Source: an uncultured Alphaproteobacteria bacterium (lineage in GTDB: Bacteria; Pseudomonadota; Alphaproteobacteria; Rhizobiales; Devosiaceae). From it: a DNA stretch of 64,000 nt. The DNA is taken from assembly GCA_963699295.1 (NCBI GenBank), contig OY969432.1, positions 3,531,001 through 3,595,000 of the forward strand, written 5' to 3'. Below the pieces are notes generated by a model. That model ran no database searches. It was not told the DNA's origin and saw only the letters and a list, made by a program, of their open reading frames with translations. The translations under genes were made by a program, and so were the position numbers. Shown piece after piece: positions 26,667-36,383 of this stretch (positions are counted from its first letter, which is position 1; each line of letters starts with the position of its first letter).

Positions 26667-28274
26667 ATGGCACTTCCTGTTGGAGTGACACCGGAACAAT
26701 TCAATTCGGCCATCGAGAGGTTCAAGGCGGCAGTAGGCGACGAATGGGTATTCACTGACGCCGAGGACATTATCCTCTACCGCGACGCCTATTCGCCGAT
26801 GTACGACGAAGACAATGAACTGATGGCGTCTGCGGCCGTGGCGCCCGCCAGCGTGGAGCAAGTTCAGGAGGTCGTGCGCATCGCCAATGAGCTGCGGATA
26901 CCGATCTACCCGATTTCGACAGGCATGAACCTGGGCTATGGCGGGTCGGCACCGATCCTCAACAATTCGGTGGTTGTTGACCTCAAGCGCATGAACAAGA
27001 TCATCGAAGTCGATGATGTCCGCCACTTTGCTATTGTCGAGCCGGGCGTCTCCTATTTCGATCTCTACCGCTACATCGTCGACAATGATCTCGATGTGTG
27101 GATCGACTGCCCCGACCCGGGCTGGGGGTCGATCGTCGGCAACGCCCTCGACCATGGCGTGGGCTATACCTGGGGCTATTATCGCGACCACTTCCGCGCC
27201 CACAGCGGCCTGGAAGCCGTTCTGCCCAGTGGCGAATTGCTACGCACCGGTATGGGCGCCCTGCCGGGCGCAAAGACGTGGGGCGAGTTCCACTATGGCT
27301 TCGGCCCCCAGGTGGACAGCCTCTTTGCCCAGGGCAATGCCGGCATCGTCACCAAGATGGGAATCCATCTCATGCCGCGGCCCGAAACCTATCGGTCCGG
27401 CCGGGTCACGGTTCCGCGCCGAAACGACATCAATGACCTGGTGCGCATCGTCAATGACCTTGAGGACCAGGGTCTTATCGGTATGCCGCGCTACGGAAGC
27501 CCGATGAGTGCAGTGCGTGACGAAGGCCTGAGCGCCTTGGTCAACGCTCCCGACGGCTGGGACGGCGATGCCATTGACGCCTGGGTGCAGGAGAACGGGC
27601 ACATGTACTGGAACGTGCTTCTCCAGTTCTATGGGCCCGAAAAGACGACTCTGGCTAATTGGGAATATGCAAAGGAAAAGATTGCGGCCGCCGTGGCCGG
27701 TGCCGTCTTCGAGGATCGTGAATTCTACACGATGCCGATGACGGACGAGCAGATGCACAATGCGGATCATCGCGTTGCGCTGGGCATTCCGCAGCTCGAA
27801 ATCTTCTCGATAGGCGCCCGCACGGCCACCAATCCGCGCCCCCGCGATGGTCACCTGTGGTTTGCCGCAGTGATCCCGCGCTCTGGCGCAGGTGTTCTGG
27901 AGGCACAGGAGGTGATGTCTAAAGCGTTCCGGGAGGCGGGCATGCCGCCGCTATTCGGCCCGTTCAGCGGTCCGGCGACCTGGATGCACCACACATTCAT
28001 CTTCATCACCGGCTTCCCGGTCGTCAAAGGTGATCCCGAAACCGCCCGCCAGAACCGCGAGGGTTTTTCGCGCATCATCCAGATTGCGCGCCAGAACGGC
28101 TACGGCGAATATCGAGCCCCGCCGGCCTTTGTCGATGAGATCGCAGGTGCGTACGACTTTAATAACAAGGCCCTGCTCAGACTCAACGAAACCATCAAGG
28201 ATGCAATCGACCCGAACGGCATCATCGCCGCCGGCCGCGGCGGCATCTGGCCCAAGCACCTGCGGGAGTCTTGA
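26667..28274 (+). CDS. FAD-linked oxidase, vanillyl-alcohol oxidase / p-cresol methylhydroxylase flavoprotein (PchF-like) family
   Basis: 535 aa, RBS GGGAGGA. The N-terminus matches the PCMH/VAO FAD-binding family (...VQEVVRIANELRIPIYPISTGMNLGYGG...VVVDLKRMNKIIEVD...). A cytochrome c gene follows 3 nt after the stop. Confidence 0.8.
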   Translation: MALPVGVTPEQFNSAIERFKAAVGDEWVFTDAEDIILYRDAYSPMYDEDNELMASAAVAPASVEQVQEVVRIANELRIPIYPISTGMNLGYGGSAPILNNSVVVDLKRMNKIIEVDDVRHFAIVEPGVSYFDLYRYIVDNDLDVWIDCPDPGWGSIVGNALDHGVGYTWGYYRDHFRAHSGLEAVLPSGELLRTGMGALPGAKTWGEFHYGFGPQVDSLFAQGNAGIVTKMGIHLMPRPETYRSGRVTVPRRNDINDLVRIVNDLEDQGLIGMPRYGSPMSAVRDEGLSALVNAPDGWDGDAIDAWVQENGHMYWNVLLQFYGPEKTTLANWEYAKEKIAAAVAGAVFEDREFYTMPMTDEQMHNADHRVALGIPQLEIFSIGARTATNPRPRDGHLWFAAVIPRSGAGVLEAQEVMSKAFREAGMPPLFGPFSGPATWMHHTFIFITGFPVVKGDPETARQNREGFSRIIQIARQNGYGEYRAPPAFVDEIAGAYDFNNKALLRLNETIKDAIDPNGIIAAGRGGIWPKHLRES

Positions 28275-28277
28275 TAG

Positions 28278-28667
28278 ATGAGAGCTATCACCATCTTGCT
28301 GACGGCAACATTGTTAACCGCGGCCGGCCACGCTGCACTGGCCCAGGACGCTGGTGTGGGCACCGCGCCTAACTTCATCCCGCTGCAGGACCATCTGACC
28401 ATGACCGATGGCGAGCAGATCTATAAGTACCATTGTTGGAATTGCCACGGGGAAGGGCCAGGAAAACCAGGCACGACGGCTTTGAAGGCGCTCCACGAAG
28501 GTCAGCTTCCAGCCGTACTTGAGGAGCGCACGGACCTCGACCCCGACTATGTCCGCTACCTGGTACGAAACGGTGTCTCCATCATGCCGCACTTCCGGAA
28601 AACGCATATTTCGGACGAGCAGCTGGACGCGTTGGTTGACTATCTGACTCGCAAAAACGAGAACTGA
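28278..28667 (+). CDS. monoheme cytochrome c (PchC-like partner subunit)
   Basis: Signal peptide and heme motif CWNCH; 129 aa. Adjacent to the flavoprotein. Confidence 0.8.
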   Translation: MRAITILLTATLLTAAGHAALAQDAGVGTAPNFIPLQDHLTMTDGEQIYKYHCWNCHGEGPGKPGTTALKALHEGQLPAVLEERTDLDPDYVRYLVRNGVSIMPHFRKTHISDEQLDALVDYLTRKNEN

Positions 28668-28684
28668 TCGTTCGGCCTGATCTA

Positions 28685-28720
28685 GAGTGGGCCTCGGGTT
28701 TTCCTGGGGCCCTCTTTTTT
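28685..28720 (+). terminator. terminator after flavocytochrome genes
   Basis: GC hairpin (GGGCC...GGCCC, extendable) followed by TCTTTTTT. Confidence 0.55.
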
Positions 28721-29437
28721 GAGACGGTGGGTTTTTGAGGCGCTCGGTCAGGCTCGCCTCCACCGTCCGCCTTTCCGCCTTTCGCGGGATGCTGGCAGAC
28801 GCACCCTCCAGGCGCGGAAGTACCGAAACAACGCTTCTGCTGCTCTGAACACGGAAAGTCGAGAGTCCGCTACCGGGCGATAACCGCCAAGCCTCGATGT
28901 CTGTCTTGGATTTGATACCTGACAGCGATCCTACCAAAAACCACCCCAATCTGGAAGTTTGCTGGCCCGAATGGCCATGTCCGCTTCTTTAATCGGGCAT
29001 TGAGGTCAAGCTCCAATCTTCTCTTCCACTTCGTTTCGTCCTAGCGGGTCACGCTTCTTTTCGTGATCGGCATAGCGGCGCGAGCCGGAGCTGCCACAAG
29101 CATTTGTCGGATCGGGTCGGGGTGCCTTGCTTTCAGACGCGCTATGATGCGCAGCAGACATTTGCGGCTTTGCCCCGGCTCCCTCGTCCGCACCGGACGA
29201 ACTGCAATGAAGAGCTGGTTTCTAGGTAGGCGATCACATCGTCAGGCGAGCACCTCCTGGCTCCATCTGTCTTCTCCTTGGGACGGGAGTGGGACGGCTC
29301 GTTGGAAATCTTATGAGAGCTAAGCGGCAATGGATATACTCAAAATTGGGGGAGAAATTGCTTTGGTTAGAGCGCTTTAGCTATCCTTTGCCGAGCTATG
29401 GCAATCCTTCCGGACACCCTCGATAATCCTTAGAAAC

Positions 29438-29487
29438 TCGGAATCATAATCCGTGTGTCCCCAGTTCAAATCTGGGCTTCGCTACCA
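29438..29487 (+). pseudogene. 3' fragment of a tRNA (anticodon arm with CAT, variable loop, T-arm, acceptor 3' strand, CCA)
   Basis: Anticodon arm (T)CGGA-ATCATAA-TCCG(T), then T-arm CCCAG-TTCAAAT-CTGGG, then CTTCGCT-A-CCA. No complementary 5' acceptor strand (AGCGAAG) or D-arm lies upstream. Confidence 0.7.
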
Positions 29488-29512
29488 TTTTTCTGAAGAA
29501 ATTCAGAACTAT

Positions 29513-29550
29513 AAGGCCCGTCCTCTGAAAAGAGTGGCGGGCCTTGTTGT
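29513..29550 (+). terminator. terminator following the tRNA fragment
   Basis: Stem AAGGCCCG...CGGGCCTT with an inner CTCT/AGAG extension, followed by GTTGTGTT. Confidence 0.5.
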
Positions 29551-29777
29551 GTTGGGGGCGGGACAGGAAATTCGGACGACGCAGGTGCAAGGTGGCGGGC
29601 GCCGAACGCGGCATGGTCGCGCGGGCCTGTTTGACTGCGGTGTCGCCTGATCACCTTCCATCTCGTTGGCAGCCGCGAACACGCTTCGCGTCAGTGTGCG
29701 CCGGGCCAGTCCGGTGGTGGCTAGGATCAAATCAGCTTATGCGATATGAATGGTCGCCTCAGTTGATCGGATGTTGA

Positions 29778-30707
29778 ATGAGCCGAAATTTTTTATTGGT
29801 TGATCCCGAGGAAGGGATGGATGTCCTCAAGGGGCTTGCTTCGCCCATCCGTGTGAAGATCCTGAAATTGCTTCAGGTTGCAGGCCCCCTGAACGGGAAT
29901 GATCTGGCCCAGAGGCTGAACCTGCCGCAGTCGACCATATCGACCAATATTCAAATTCTTGAACAGGCCGGGCTCCTGCGCACGGAAACGCAGAAGGCCC
30001 GCAAGGGCAATCAGAAAATCTGCCATTCGATGTTCGACGAAGTGCTGGTGATGTTCAAGGATGACATCAAGCCGCTGAAGTCCAATACGATCGAGGTGGC
30101 CATGCCGCTGGGGCTCTACACCAGTTGCGAGGTGTCGGCGCCGTGTGGCCTGTGTTCGGTCGAGGGCATTATCGGGCTGCTGGATGTGCCCGATACCTTC
30201 CTCGATCCCGATCGCATGAAGGCGGGGCTCATCTGGTTCACGCGCGGCTTTGTGGAATATCAATTCCCCAACAATGCCAAGCTGAGCCAGAGCAAGATCG
30301 AGGGCATGGAGTTCTCGCTGGAGCTCAGTTCCGAGGTCCCCGGCACGTCGGCCGACTGGCCGAGCGACATCACCCTGTCCGTGAACGGAACGGAAATCGG
30401 TACCTGGATGAGCCCGGGGGATTTTGGCGACAAGCGCGGCGTCTATACCCCCGATTGGTGGAAACTCAAGGGCAGCCAATATGGCAAGCTCAAGAGCTGG
30501 CGCGTGACGGCAGAGGGCAGCTACGTCGACGGGATCAAGATATCCCCGGTCTCGCTGGTGGATCTCGACCTGGCCAATCACCACTCGATCCGGCTGCGGA
30601 TCGCGGTGAAGGACGACGCCAAACATCCGGGCGGCATCAATATTTTTGGGCGTGGCTTTGGCAATTACGACCAGGAGATCATAATGCGCCTGCAAACGGC
30701 GCCCTAG
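29778..30707 (+). CDS. ArsR-family wHTH regulator with ~220-aa C-terminal domain of unknown function
   Basis: N-terminus LASPIRVKILKLLQVAGPLNGNDLAQRLNLPQSTISTNIQILEQAGLL is an ArsR/SmtB HTH. The rest is a long beta-rich-looking extension. Confidence 0.75.
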   Translation: MSRNFLLVDPEEGMDVLKGLASPIRVKILKLLQVAGPLNGNDLAQRLNLPQSTISTNIQILEQAGLLRTETQKARKGNQKICHSMFDEVLVMFKDDIKPLKSNTIEVAMPLGLYTSCEVSAPCGLCSVEGIIGLLDVPDTFLDPDRMKAGLIWFTRGFVEYQFPNNAKLSQSKIEGMEFSLELSSEVPGTSADWPSDITLSVNGTEIGTWMSPGDFGDKRGVYTPDWWKLKGSQYGKLKSWRVTAEGSYVDGIKISPVSLVDLDLANHHSIRLRIAVKDDAKHPGGINIFGRGFGNYDQEIIMRLQTAP

Positions 30708-30813
30708 CGCACCGTCATAATATTGTCGCGGGTCCCCTTGCGCCTGCGGCCCTCCCCTGTCTACAACATGGTAACTGATATAAATCATGTAAACGGGATT
30801 TCAGGGGGGTGAC

Positions 30814-32325
30814 GTGAAGGCTTCCGTCATTGCGCACAAGGATTTTTCCATCAGCACGATCGACGACCGGATTTACGGGGCGTTCCTCGAGCATCTGGGC
30901 CGAGCGATCTACGAGGGGATTTATGAGCCCGACCACCCGAGCGCGGACCAGCACGGGATGCGCGGGGACGTGGCCAAGCTGGTCAGGGATCTCAACGTGC
31001 CGGTGGTGCGCTATCCCGGCGGCAACTTCGTTTCGGCCTATAATTGGGAAGATGGCATAGGCCCGCGGGAGCAGCGCCCGACCCGGCTTGACCTGGCGTG
31101 GCATACTTCCGAGAGCAATGCCGTTGGCATCCACGAGTTTGCTGACTGGTGCGCCACGGTCGGCACCGAGATGATGCTGGCGGTGAACCTGGGCTCGCGC
31201 GGTGTCGATGATGCCCGCAATTTTCTTGAATATGTGAACCATCCGGGCGGCTCGTACTGGAGCGACCTGCGCATCAGGAACGGCCGCCAGGAGCCCTGGA
31301 ACGTCAAGATGTGGTGCCTGGGCAACGAGATGGACGGGCCCTGGCAGGTCGGCCACAAGGATGCCCAGGAGTATGGCAAGCTGGCGGCCAACACCGCGCG
31401 CGCCATGCGGATGTTCGACAAATCGCTGGAGTTGATCGTGTGTGGCTCGTCCCACTCCGACATGGCGACGTTTCCCGATTGGGAGCGCATCGTGCTCGAG
31501 CATACCTATGATCATGTCGATCACATCAGCCTGCACATGTATTTCCGCAACCCGGACAAGAAGAGCGCCGACTATTTGGCGCTGAACCACAAGCTGGACC
31601 GCTATATCGGCACCGTTGCATCCACCATCCAGCAGGTGAAGCACAAGCGGCGCTCCAAGCGCGAGGTCTACATCTCGTTTGACGAATGGAACGTCTGGTA
31701 CCATTCCAACAAACAGGACCGGGCGCTGCTGGATGGCGGCAATGGCTGGCCCCATGCACCCAGCCTGCTGGAGGACATCTACAATTTCGAGGACGTGCTG
31801 ATGGTGGGGCTGATCCTCAACACGTTCATCCGCCGGTCCGACGTGGTCAAGATTGCCTGCATCGCGCAATTGGTGAACGTCATTGCCCCCATCATGACCG
31901 AAAAGGGCGGCCCTGCCTGGGCGCAGACGATCTACTACCCGTATTATTTCGCCTCGATCCACGGGCGGGGCACGGCGCTGAACCTGCGGGTCAACTCCCC
32001 CGGCTATGACAGCCTGCACGCCGACAATACCCCCTATGTCGATGTTTCGGGGGTGCACAACGAAGCTGAGGGCGTGCTGACGTTTTTCCTCGTCAACCGC
32101 CATGCGAGCGAGACCGCCGATGTGGCGATCAGCCTGCAGGGCTTCGAGGCAGGGCGGATTATCGACCACCAGGTGATGACCCACACCAGTCTGGAGGCGG
32201 TGAATACGGCCACCAACCAGAGGGAAGTGGCCCCGCGCCAGGGCAGCGGCGCCACGCTGTCGGGTGGGGCCATGGCGATGACGCTGCCGCCCTATTCCTA
32301 TCAGATGGTGCGGGTGAAGGTCTGA
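30814..32325 (+). CDS. abfA: alpha-L-arabinofuranosidase, GH51
   Basis: 503 aa. N-terminus IDDRIYGAFLEHLGRAIYEGIYEP...VVRYPGGNFVSAYNWEDGIGP and catalytic-region WCLGNEMDGPWQ are typical of GH51. Confidence 0.9.
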   Translation: MKASVIAHKDFSISTIDDRIYGAFLEHLGRAIYEGIYEPDHPSADQHGMRGDVAKLVRDLNVPVVRYPGGNFVSAYNWEDGIGPREQRPTRLDLAWHTSESNAVGIHEFADWCATVGTEMMLAVNLGSRGVDDARNFLEYVNHPGGSYWSDLRIRNGRQEPWNVKMWCLGNEMDGPWQVGHKDAQEYGKLAANTARAMRMFDKSLELIVCGSSHSDMATFPDWERIVLEHTYDHVDHISLHMYFRNPDKKSADYLALNHKLDRYIGTVASTIQQVKHKRRSKREVYISFDEWNVWYHSNKQDRALLDGGNGWPHAPSLLEDIYNFEDVLMVGLILNTFIRRSDVVKIACIAQLVNVIAPIMTEKGGPAWAQTIYYPYYFASIHGRGTALNLRVNSPGYDSLHADNTPYVDVSGVHNEAEGVLTFFLVNRHASETADVAISLQGFEAGRIIDHQVMTHTSLEAVNTATNQREVAPRQGSGATLSGGAMAMTLPPYSYQMVRVKV

Positions 32326-32523
32326 TCGCGCCTCAGGCCGGCCAGGCTAAAACCATCGCCAATCGGCATAGAGCGCATCCACATCGGTGCGCTCTTCGTT
32401 TATATCATGATCTTAGATGCATATCCAGAAATGCGTTGACATGGCGCGCTGTCGCGCTAGCATTGGTACGATGCCGGAGGAGGCATCAGCACCAGCGCGA
32501 ATGCGCGGTATGGGAGGACAGCA

Positions 32524-34434
32524 ATGCAAAACTGGAAGGCGTTTTTAGCGTCTATCTCCGTGGTTGCCTTGATGGGCACGAGCAGCGGATATGCGCAGGA
32601 TGCGGAGCCGCAGGCGCCGCCGATCCAAGATCTGCCCCGAGAGCAGACCCTGATTGTTCACAACCCTGAACCGCCGGCGATCAATCCGAGCTGGTTCAAC
32701 ATCTGGGTTCCGGGATCTGGCGGTGGGGCCTCCACGGGCCTGCACCAGCTGGCCATGGATACGCTGTGGTACATCGACCCCGACGCCGGGCTCGATGGAT
32801 CATTGTATAATTCGCTGGCCTCCGAGCCCTGGCAATACAACGCCGACTTCACCGAGATGACCGTGCATCTGCGCAAGGGCATCTTCTGGTCGGACGGCGA
32901 GGAATTCAACGCCGACGACGTGGTGTATACCGTCGAGACGCAGATGAACAATCCGGGCTATGTGTGGAGCGCGCCCCTCTCGCAGCAGGTTCAAAGCATC
33001 GAGGCTGTTGACGACCACACCGTCGTGTTCAAGCTCAAGGCGCCCAATTCGCGGTTTCATGCCCGCTTCTCGGTGCGCTGGAACGCCACCTGGATCATGC
33101 CCGAGCATATCTTCTCCAAGTTCGAAGATCCCAAGCAGCACAATTTCAACCCGCCGGTCGGACTGGGCCCTTATACCCTGCACAGCTTCGATCCGAACGG
33201 TGCCTGGTATATCTGGCAGAAACGCCCCGACTGGGAGCGCACCACGGTCGCCGAATATGGCGAGCCGGGCCCTGAATATATCGTCTATCGCTCGATCCCA
33301 TCGATCGACAACCGGCTGATCGAAATGGTCAACGGCAATCTCGACATGATCCACGACCTGACACCTGAGGCGATGTTCAGCCTGGTCGAGCAGGATCCGA
33401 CGGCGCGTGGCTGGTTCCCGGGCTTTCCTTTTGCCCATCCCGACCCAACCTTGCCGATGGTGATCTTCAACCACCAGAACGAAAAGTTCCAGGACCGTCG
33501 CGTTCGCTGGGCTCTCGCGCTGATGCTTGATGCGCGGGCTGTGTCGATGGCCGCCTATCGCGGCGCGGCAACCCTGTCTGCCATCGCCATCCCGCCGACC
33601 GGCACCCATCCCGACGATTTCCACGCGCCAATGCAGCAATGGCTCACCGATTACGAGCTCGATACCGGCAAACGGATGATCAAGCCCTATGACCCTAATG
33701 TCGGGCTGCAGATCGCCGAGATGGTCCGGCCACAGTTCGGCGATGCCGTGCCCACCAATGAGGACGATATCCGTCGTGCCTTCGGCTTTGGTTGGTGGGC
33801 GCAGAACCTGGAGGCAGCGGGCGAGCTGCTCACCGATGCCGGTTACACCAAGCAGGGAAATGACTGGTACATGCCCAATGGCGAGCGCTTCACCTTTGAG
33901 CTCGCAACCCCGCCAAGCGGCGTCATGAACCGCTTTGCCACCATCGCTGCCCAGCTGTGGTCGCAGGCCGGCGTCCAGGTCACTGCGCTGGTCGATCCCC
34001 AGCTGGCGCCGACGACGATCCCGCTCGGACAATACGAAGCAGCCACCCACTGGTCCATCGAGACCTGGGGCGGTGATCCCGACCTGTCGTTCTTCCTCGA
34101 CAGTTGGCATTCGAGCTTCCTGGTTGCCCCGGGCGAGCGCCAGTCGCCACGCAACCTGCAGCGCTGGGCCGATCCGCGTCTTGATGAAATCATCGAGAAG
34201 GTTCGGGTTACCCCGTTCGGCAGCCCGGAAAATCTCGAGCTGAGCCGGGACTTCGTCAGGCTGATGGTCGACGAAATGCCGGTCATCCCGATGATGTCGT
34301 ACAACGTGTTCGCGTCATACTCGACGCGGTACTGGACCGGCTTCCCCACCGCCGAGGCGAACCCCTACGCCAACATCGTGACCAACTGGGCGAACTCTCG
34401 CTACATCTTCACCCAGCTCAAGCCCGCCAAGTAG
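32524..34434 (+). CDS. ABC substrate-binding protein, family 5 (peptide/oligosaccharide type)
   Basis: 636 aa with a signal peptide. Intact, and followed by Dpp/Opp-type permeases. Confidence 0.85.
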   Translation: MQNWKAFLASISVVALMGTSSGYAQDAEPQAPPIQDLPREQTLIVHNPEPPAINPSWFNIWVPGSGGGASTGLHQLAMDTLWYIDPDAGLDGSLYNSLASEPWQYNADFTEMTVHLRKGIFWSDGEEFNADDVVYTVETQMNNPGYVWSAPLSQQVQSIEAVDDHTVVFKLKAPNSRFHARFSVRWNATWIMPEHIFSKFEDPKQHNFNPPVGLGPYTLHSFDPNGAWYIWQKRPDWERTTVAEYGEPGPEYIVYRSIPSIDNRLIEMVNGNLDMIHDLTPEAMFSLVEQDPTARGWFPGFPFAHPDPTLPMVIFNHQNEKFQDRRVRWALALMLDARAVSMAAYRGAATLSAIAIPPTGTHPDDFHAPMQQWLTDYELDTGKRMIKPYDPNVGLQIAEMVRPQFGDAVPTNEDDIRRAFGFGWWAQNLEAAGELLTDAGYTKQGNDWYMPNGERFTFELATPPSGVMNRFATIAAQLWSQAGVQVTALVDPQLAPTTIPLGQYEAATHWSIETWGGDPDLSFFLDSWHSSFLVAPGERQSPRNLQRWADPRLDEIIEKVRVTPFGSPENLELSRDFVRLMVDEMPVIPMMSYNVFASYSTRYWTGFPTAEANPYANIVTNWANSRYIFTQLKPAK

Positions 34435-34451
34435 GGCGCGCCGCAAAAATT

Positions 34452-34479
34452 GGGGCCCGGCCAACGCTGGGCCCCTTCT
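34452..34479 (+). terminator. intercistronic hairpin/attenuator after the binding-protein gene
   Basis: Stem GGGGCCC...GGGCCCC followed by TTCTG. Confidence 0.45.
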
Positions 34480-34512
34480 GCGTCCCATTGCCGAGCAGTC
34501 GGGGTTTAGACG

Positions 34513-35516
34513 ATGCAGGACTATCTGGCCTTCGTGTTCAAGCGATTATTGCAGTTGGTTGCGGTGGTGTTTGCGGGCATCTCTGCCGCGTTCTTCATTG
34601 CCCATCTGTCGCCGATCAGCCCGGTTGAGACCATTATCGGGCGGGTGGCCGGACAGTCCAGCTTCAGCCCCGAGGCGATTGAATCGCTGCGCGCGACGCT
34701 GACCGAACTGTTCGGGACGGACCGGCCGATCCTCGAGAAATACCTCAACTTCTGGTCCCGTTTCATCGTCGGGGATCTCGGGCCGTCGCTGATTTCCTTT
34801 CCCACACCGGCAATGGAGCTGGTCATGCTGGCGCTGCCGTGGACCGTGGGGCTACTGGTGTGCACCATCGTGATTTCATGGACCTTGGGCAATATCCTGG
34901 GCGGACTGGCCGGCTACTATCAGAACAACCGCTTCCTGAAACTGTTCGGCATGCTGTCCATGGGGGCCCAGCCGATCCCCTATTATATCGTGGCCTTCCT
35001 GCTCGTCCTGCTCTTTGGCTATTTCTGGCCGGTGCTGCCGATATCGGGGGGATTTGCCATGAACGTGCGCCCCGCCTTCACGCCCCAATTCATCGGCTCG
35101 GTGCTGGTTCACGCCATCCTGCCGGCGGCATCACTGGTCATCGTGGGGCTGGGAACATCGTTTCTGGGCATGCGGGCCCTGGTGTCCAATATCGTCACCG
35201 AGGACTATGTGACCTATGCCGAACTGGCCGGGGTCAGGACCGATCGCATCGTCTTTTCCTATGTGATCCGCAATGCGCTGATCCCCCAGCTGACCGCGAC
35301 TGGCCATGGCGCTTGGCGGGATTTTCTCGGGCACGATCATCACCGAACAGGTGTTCGGCTATCCCGGGCTGGGCACGCTGCTGGTCGACTGCGGTCAATG
35401 GGGGCGATACCACGCTGGTGCTGGCGGTTTCCTCCATCGCCATCGTCGCGGTGGCGAGTGCCATTTTCATCATCGACCTGATCTACCCGCTGCTCGATCC
35501 ACGCGTGACGGAGTAA
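34513..35516 (+). pseudogene. Dpp/Opp-type ABC permease (DppB-like), two +1 frameshifts
   Basis: The protein continues frame 1 -> 2 -> 0: ...IRNALIPQLTATG | MALGGIFSGTIITEQVFGYPGLGTLLVD | AVNGGDTTLVLAVSSIAIV...LLDPRVTE. Length is 1004 nt = 3n+2. Confidence 0.85.
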
Positions 35517-35520
35517 GCTG

Positions 35521-36379
35521 ATGTTCGTTATTGTCAGCGACCTGATCCGCTACAACATCGAGTTTGCCATCGGCTGCGTGCTGGTCGGCGTCGTCATCAT
35601 CTTTGCCCTGTTGAGCTTTGTCTCGCCGGTCGACCCCGACGATGATCTACGTCACGCATACCGGATCGCCGCCATCTGCCGAATTCTGGTTCGGCACCAA
35701 TTCGCGCGGGCAGGACCTGTTCTGGCAACTCAGCTACGCTTTCCGCAACACCCTGGCTTTCGGCGTGCTCGTGGCGCTGATCAGCCGCATCATCTCGATC
35801 GCCGTGGGCTTGGCGGCTGGCTATCTGGGCGGCTGGGTCGACCGCGTCCTGATGTTCTTCAACGACATCTTCGTCGCCATGCCGATCTTTCCGATCCTGA
35901 TCCTGTTCTATTTCGTCATGCGCACCGAACTCGACATGTTCCGGCTGGCGCTGATCATGGCGTGCTTCGGCTGGCCGTTCGACGCGCGGTTGATCCGCTC
36001 GGTGGCGCTCGGGTTGAGGCACCGCGAGTTCACCCGGCACGCTGTGTTTTCCGGGATGAGCCCGCGCAAGATCATGTTCCAGGAGCATCTGCCCTATGTC
36101 ATGCCGATCGTGCTTTCGACGGCCATGGCCAACATGATCTGGTCCATCGGCCTCGAGGTGACCCTGGCGGTCCTGGGCTTCACCAATATCAACATTCCAA
36201 CCGTCGGCACATCGCTTTACTGGGCCAACAACCACTCGGCCATGGTCGTGGGGGTCTGGTGGTGGATCCTCATCCCGGTCGTCCTGATCGTCTTGCTGTT
36301 CATCGGGCTGTTCCTGCTGGCCGTCAGCATGAACGAATATATCGACCCGCGCAGCCGGCTGCGCCGCATGGGAGCGTGA
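35521..36379 (+). pseudogene. Dpp/Opp-type ABC permease (DppC-like), one +1 frameshift
   Basis: ...LLSFVSPVDP | TMIYVTHTGSPPSAEFWFGTNSRGQDLF... The shift is in a CCCC run near 35633. Length is 859 nt = 3n+1. Confidence 0.85.
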
Positions 36380-36383
36380 GGCC

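Larger units (their letters stand above)
24645..29487. mobile_element. degraded integrative-element / genomic-islet remnant (boundaries tentative)
   Basis: Contains a truncated nuclease, a truncated and frameshifted integrase, a 3' tRNA fragment with its own terminator, lower-GC patches (25.7-26.0 kb, 29.3-29.5 kb), and a 38-bp repeat at 24645 and 29853. Confidence 0.4.

Noticed and set aside
28314-28949. 211-aa minus-strand ORF downstream of the flavocytochrome genes.
   Set aside because: More than half of it is antisense to the cytochrome c gene. The remainder has no motifs or RBS. It is treated as non-coding islet debris.
29411-29487. A complete tRNA gene ending at the CCA at 29485-29487.
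   Set aside because: The 26 nt upstream of the anticodon arm (GGACACCCTCGATAATCCTTAGAAAC) cannot pair with the acceptor 3' strand CTTCGCT or form a D-arm. Only the 3' ~50 nt are tRNA-like.
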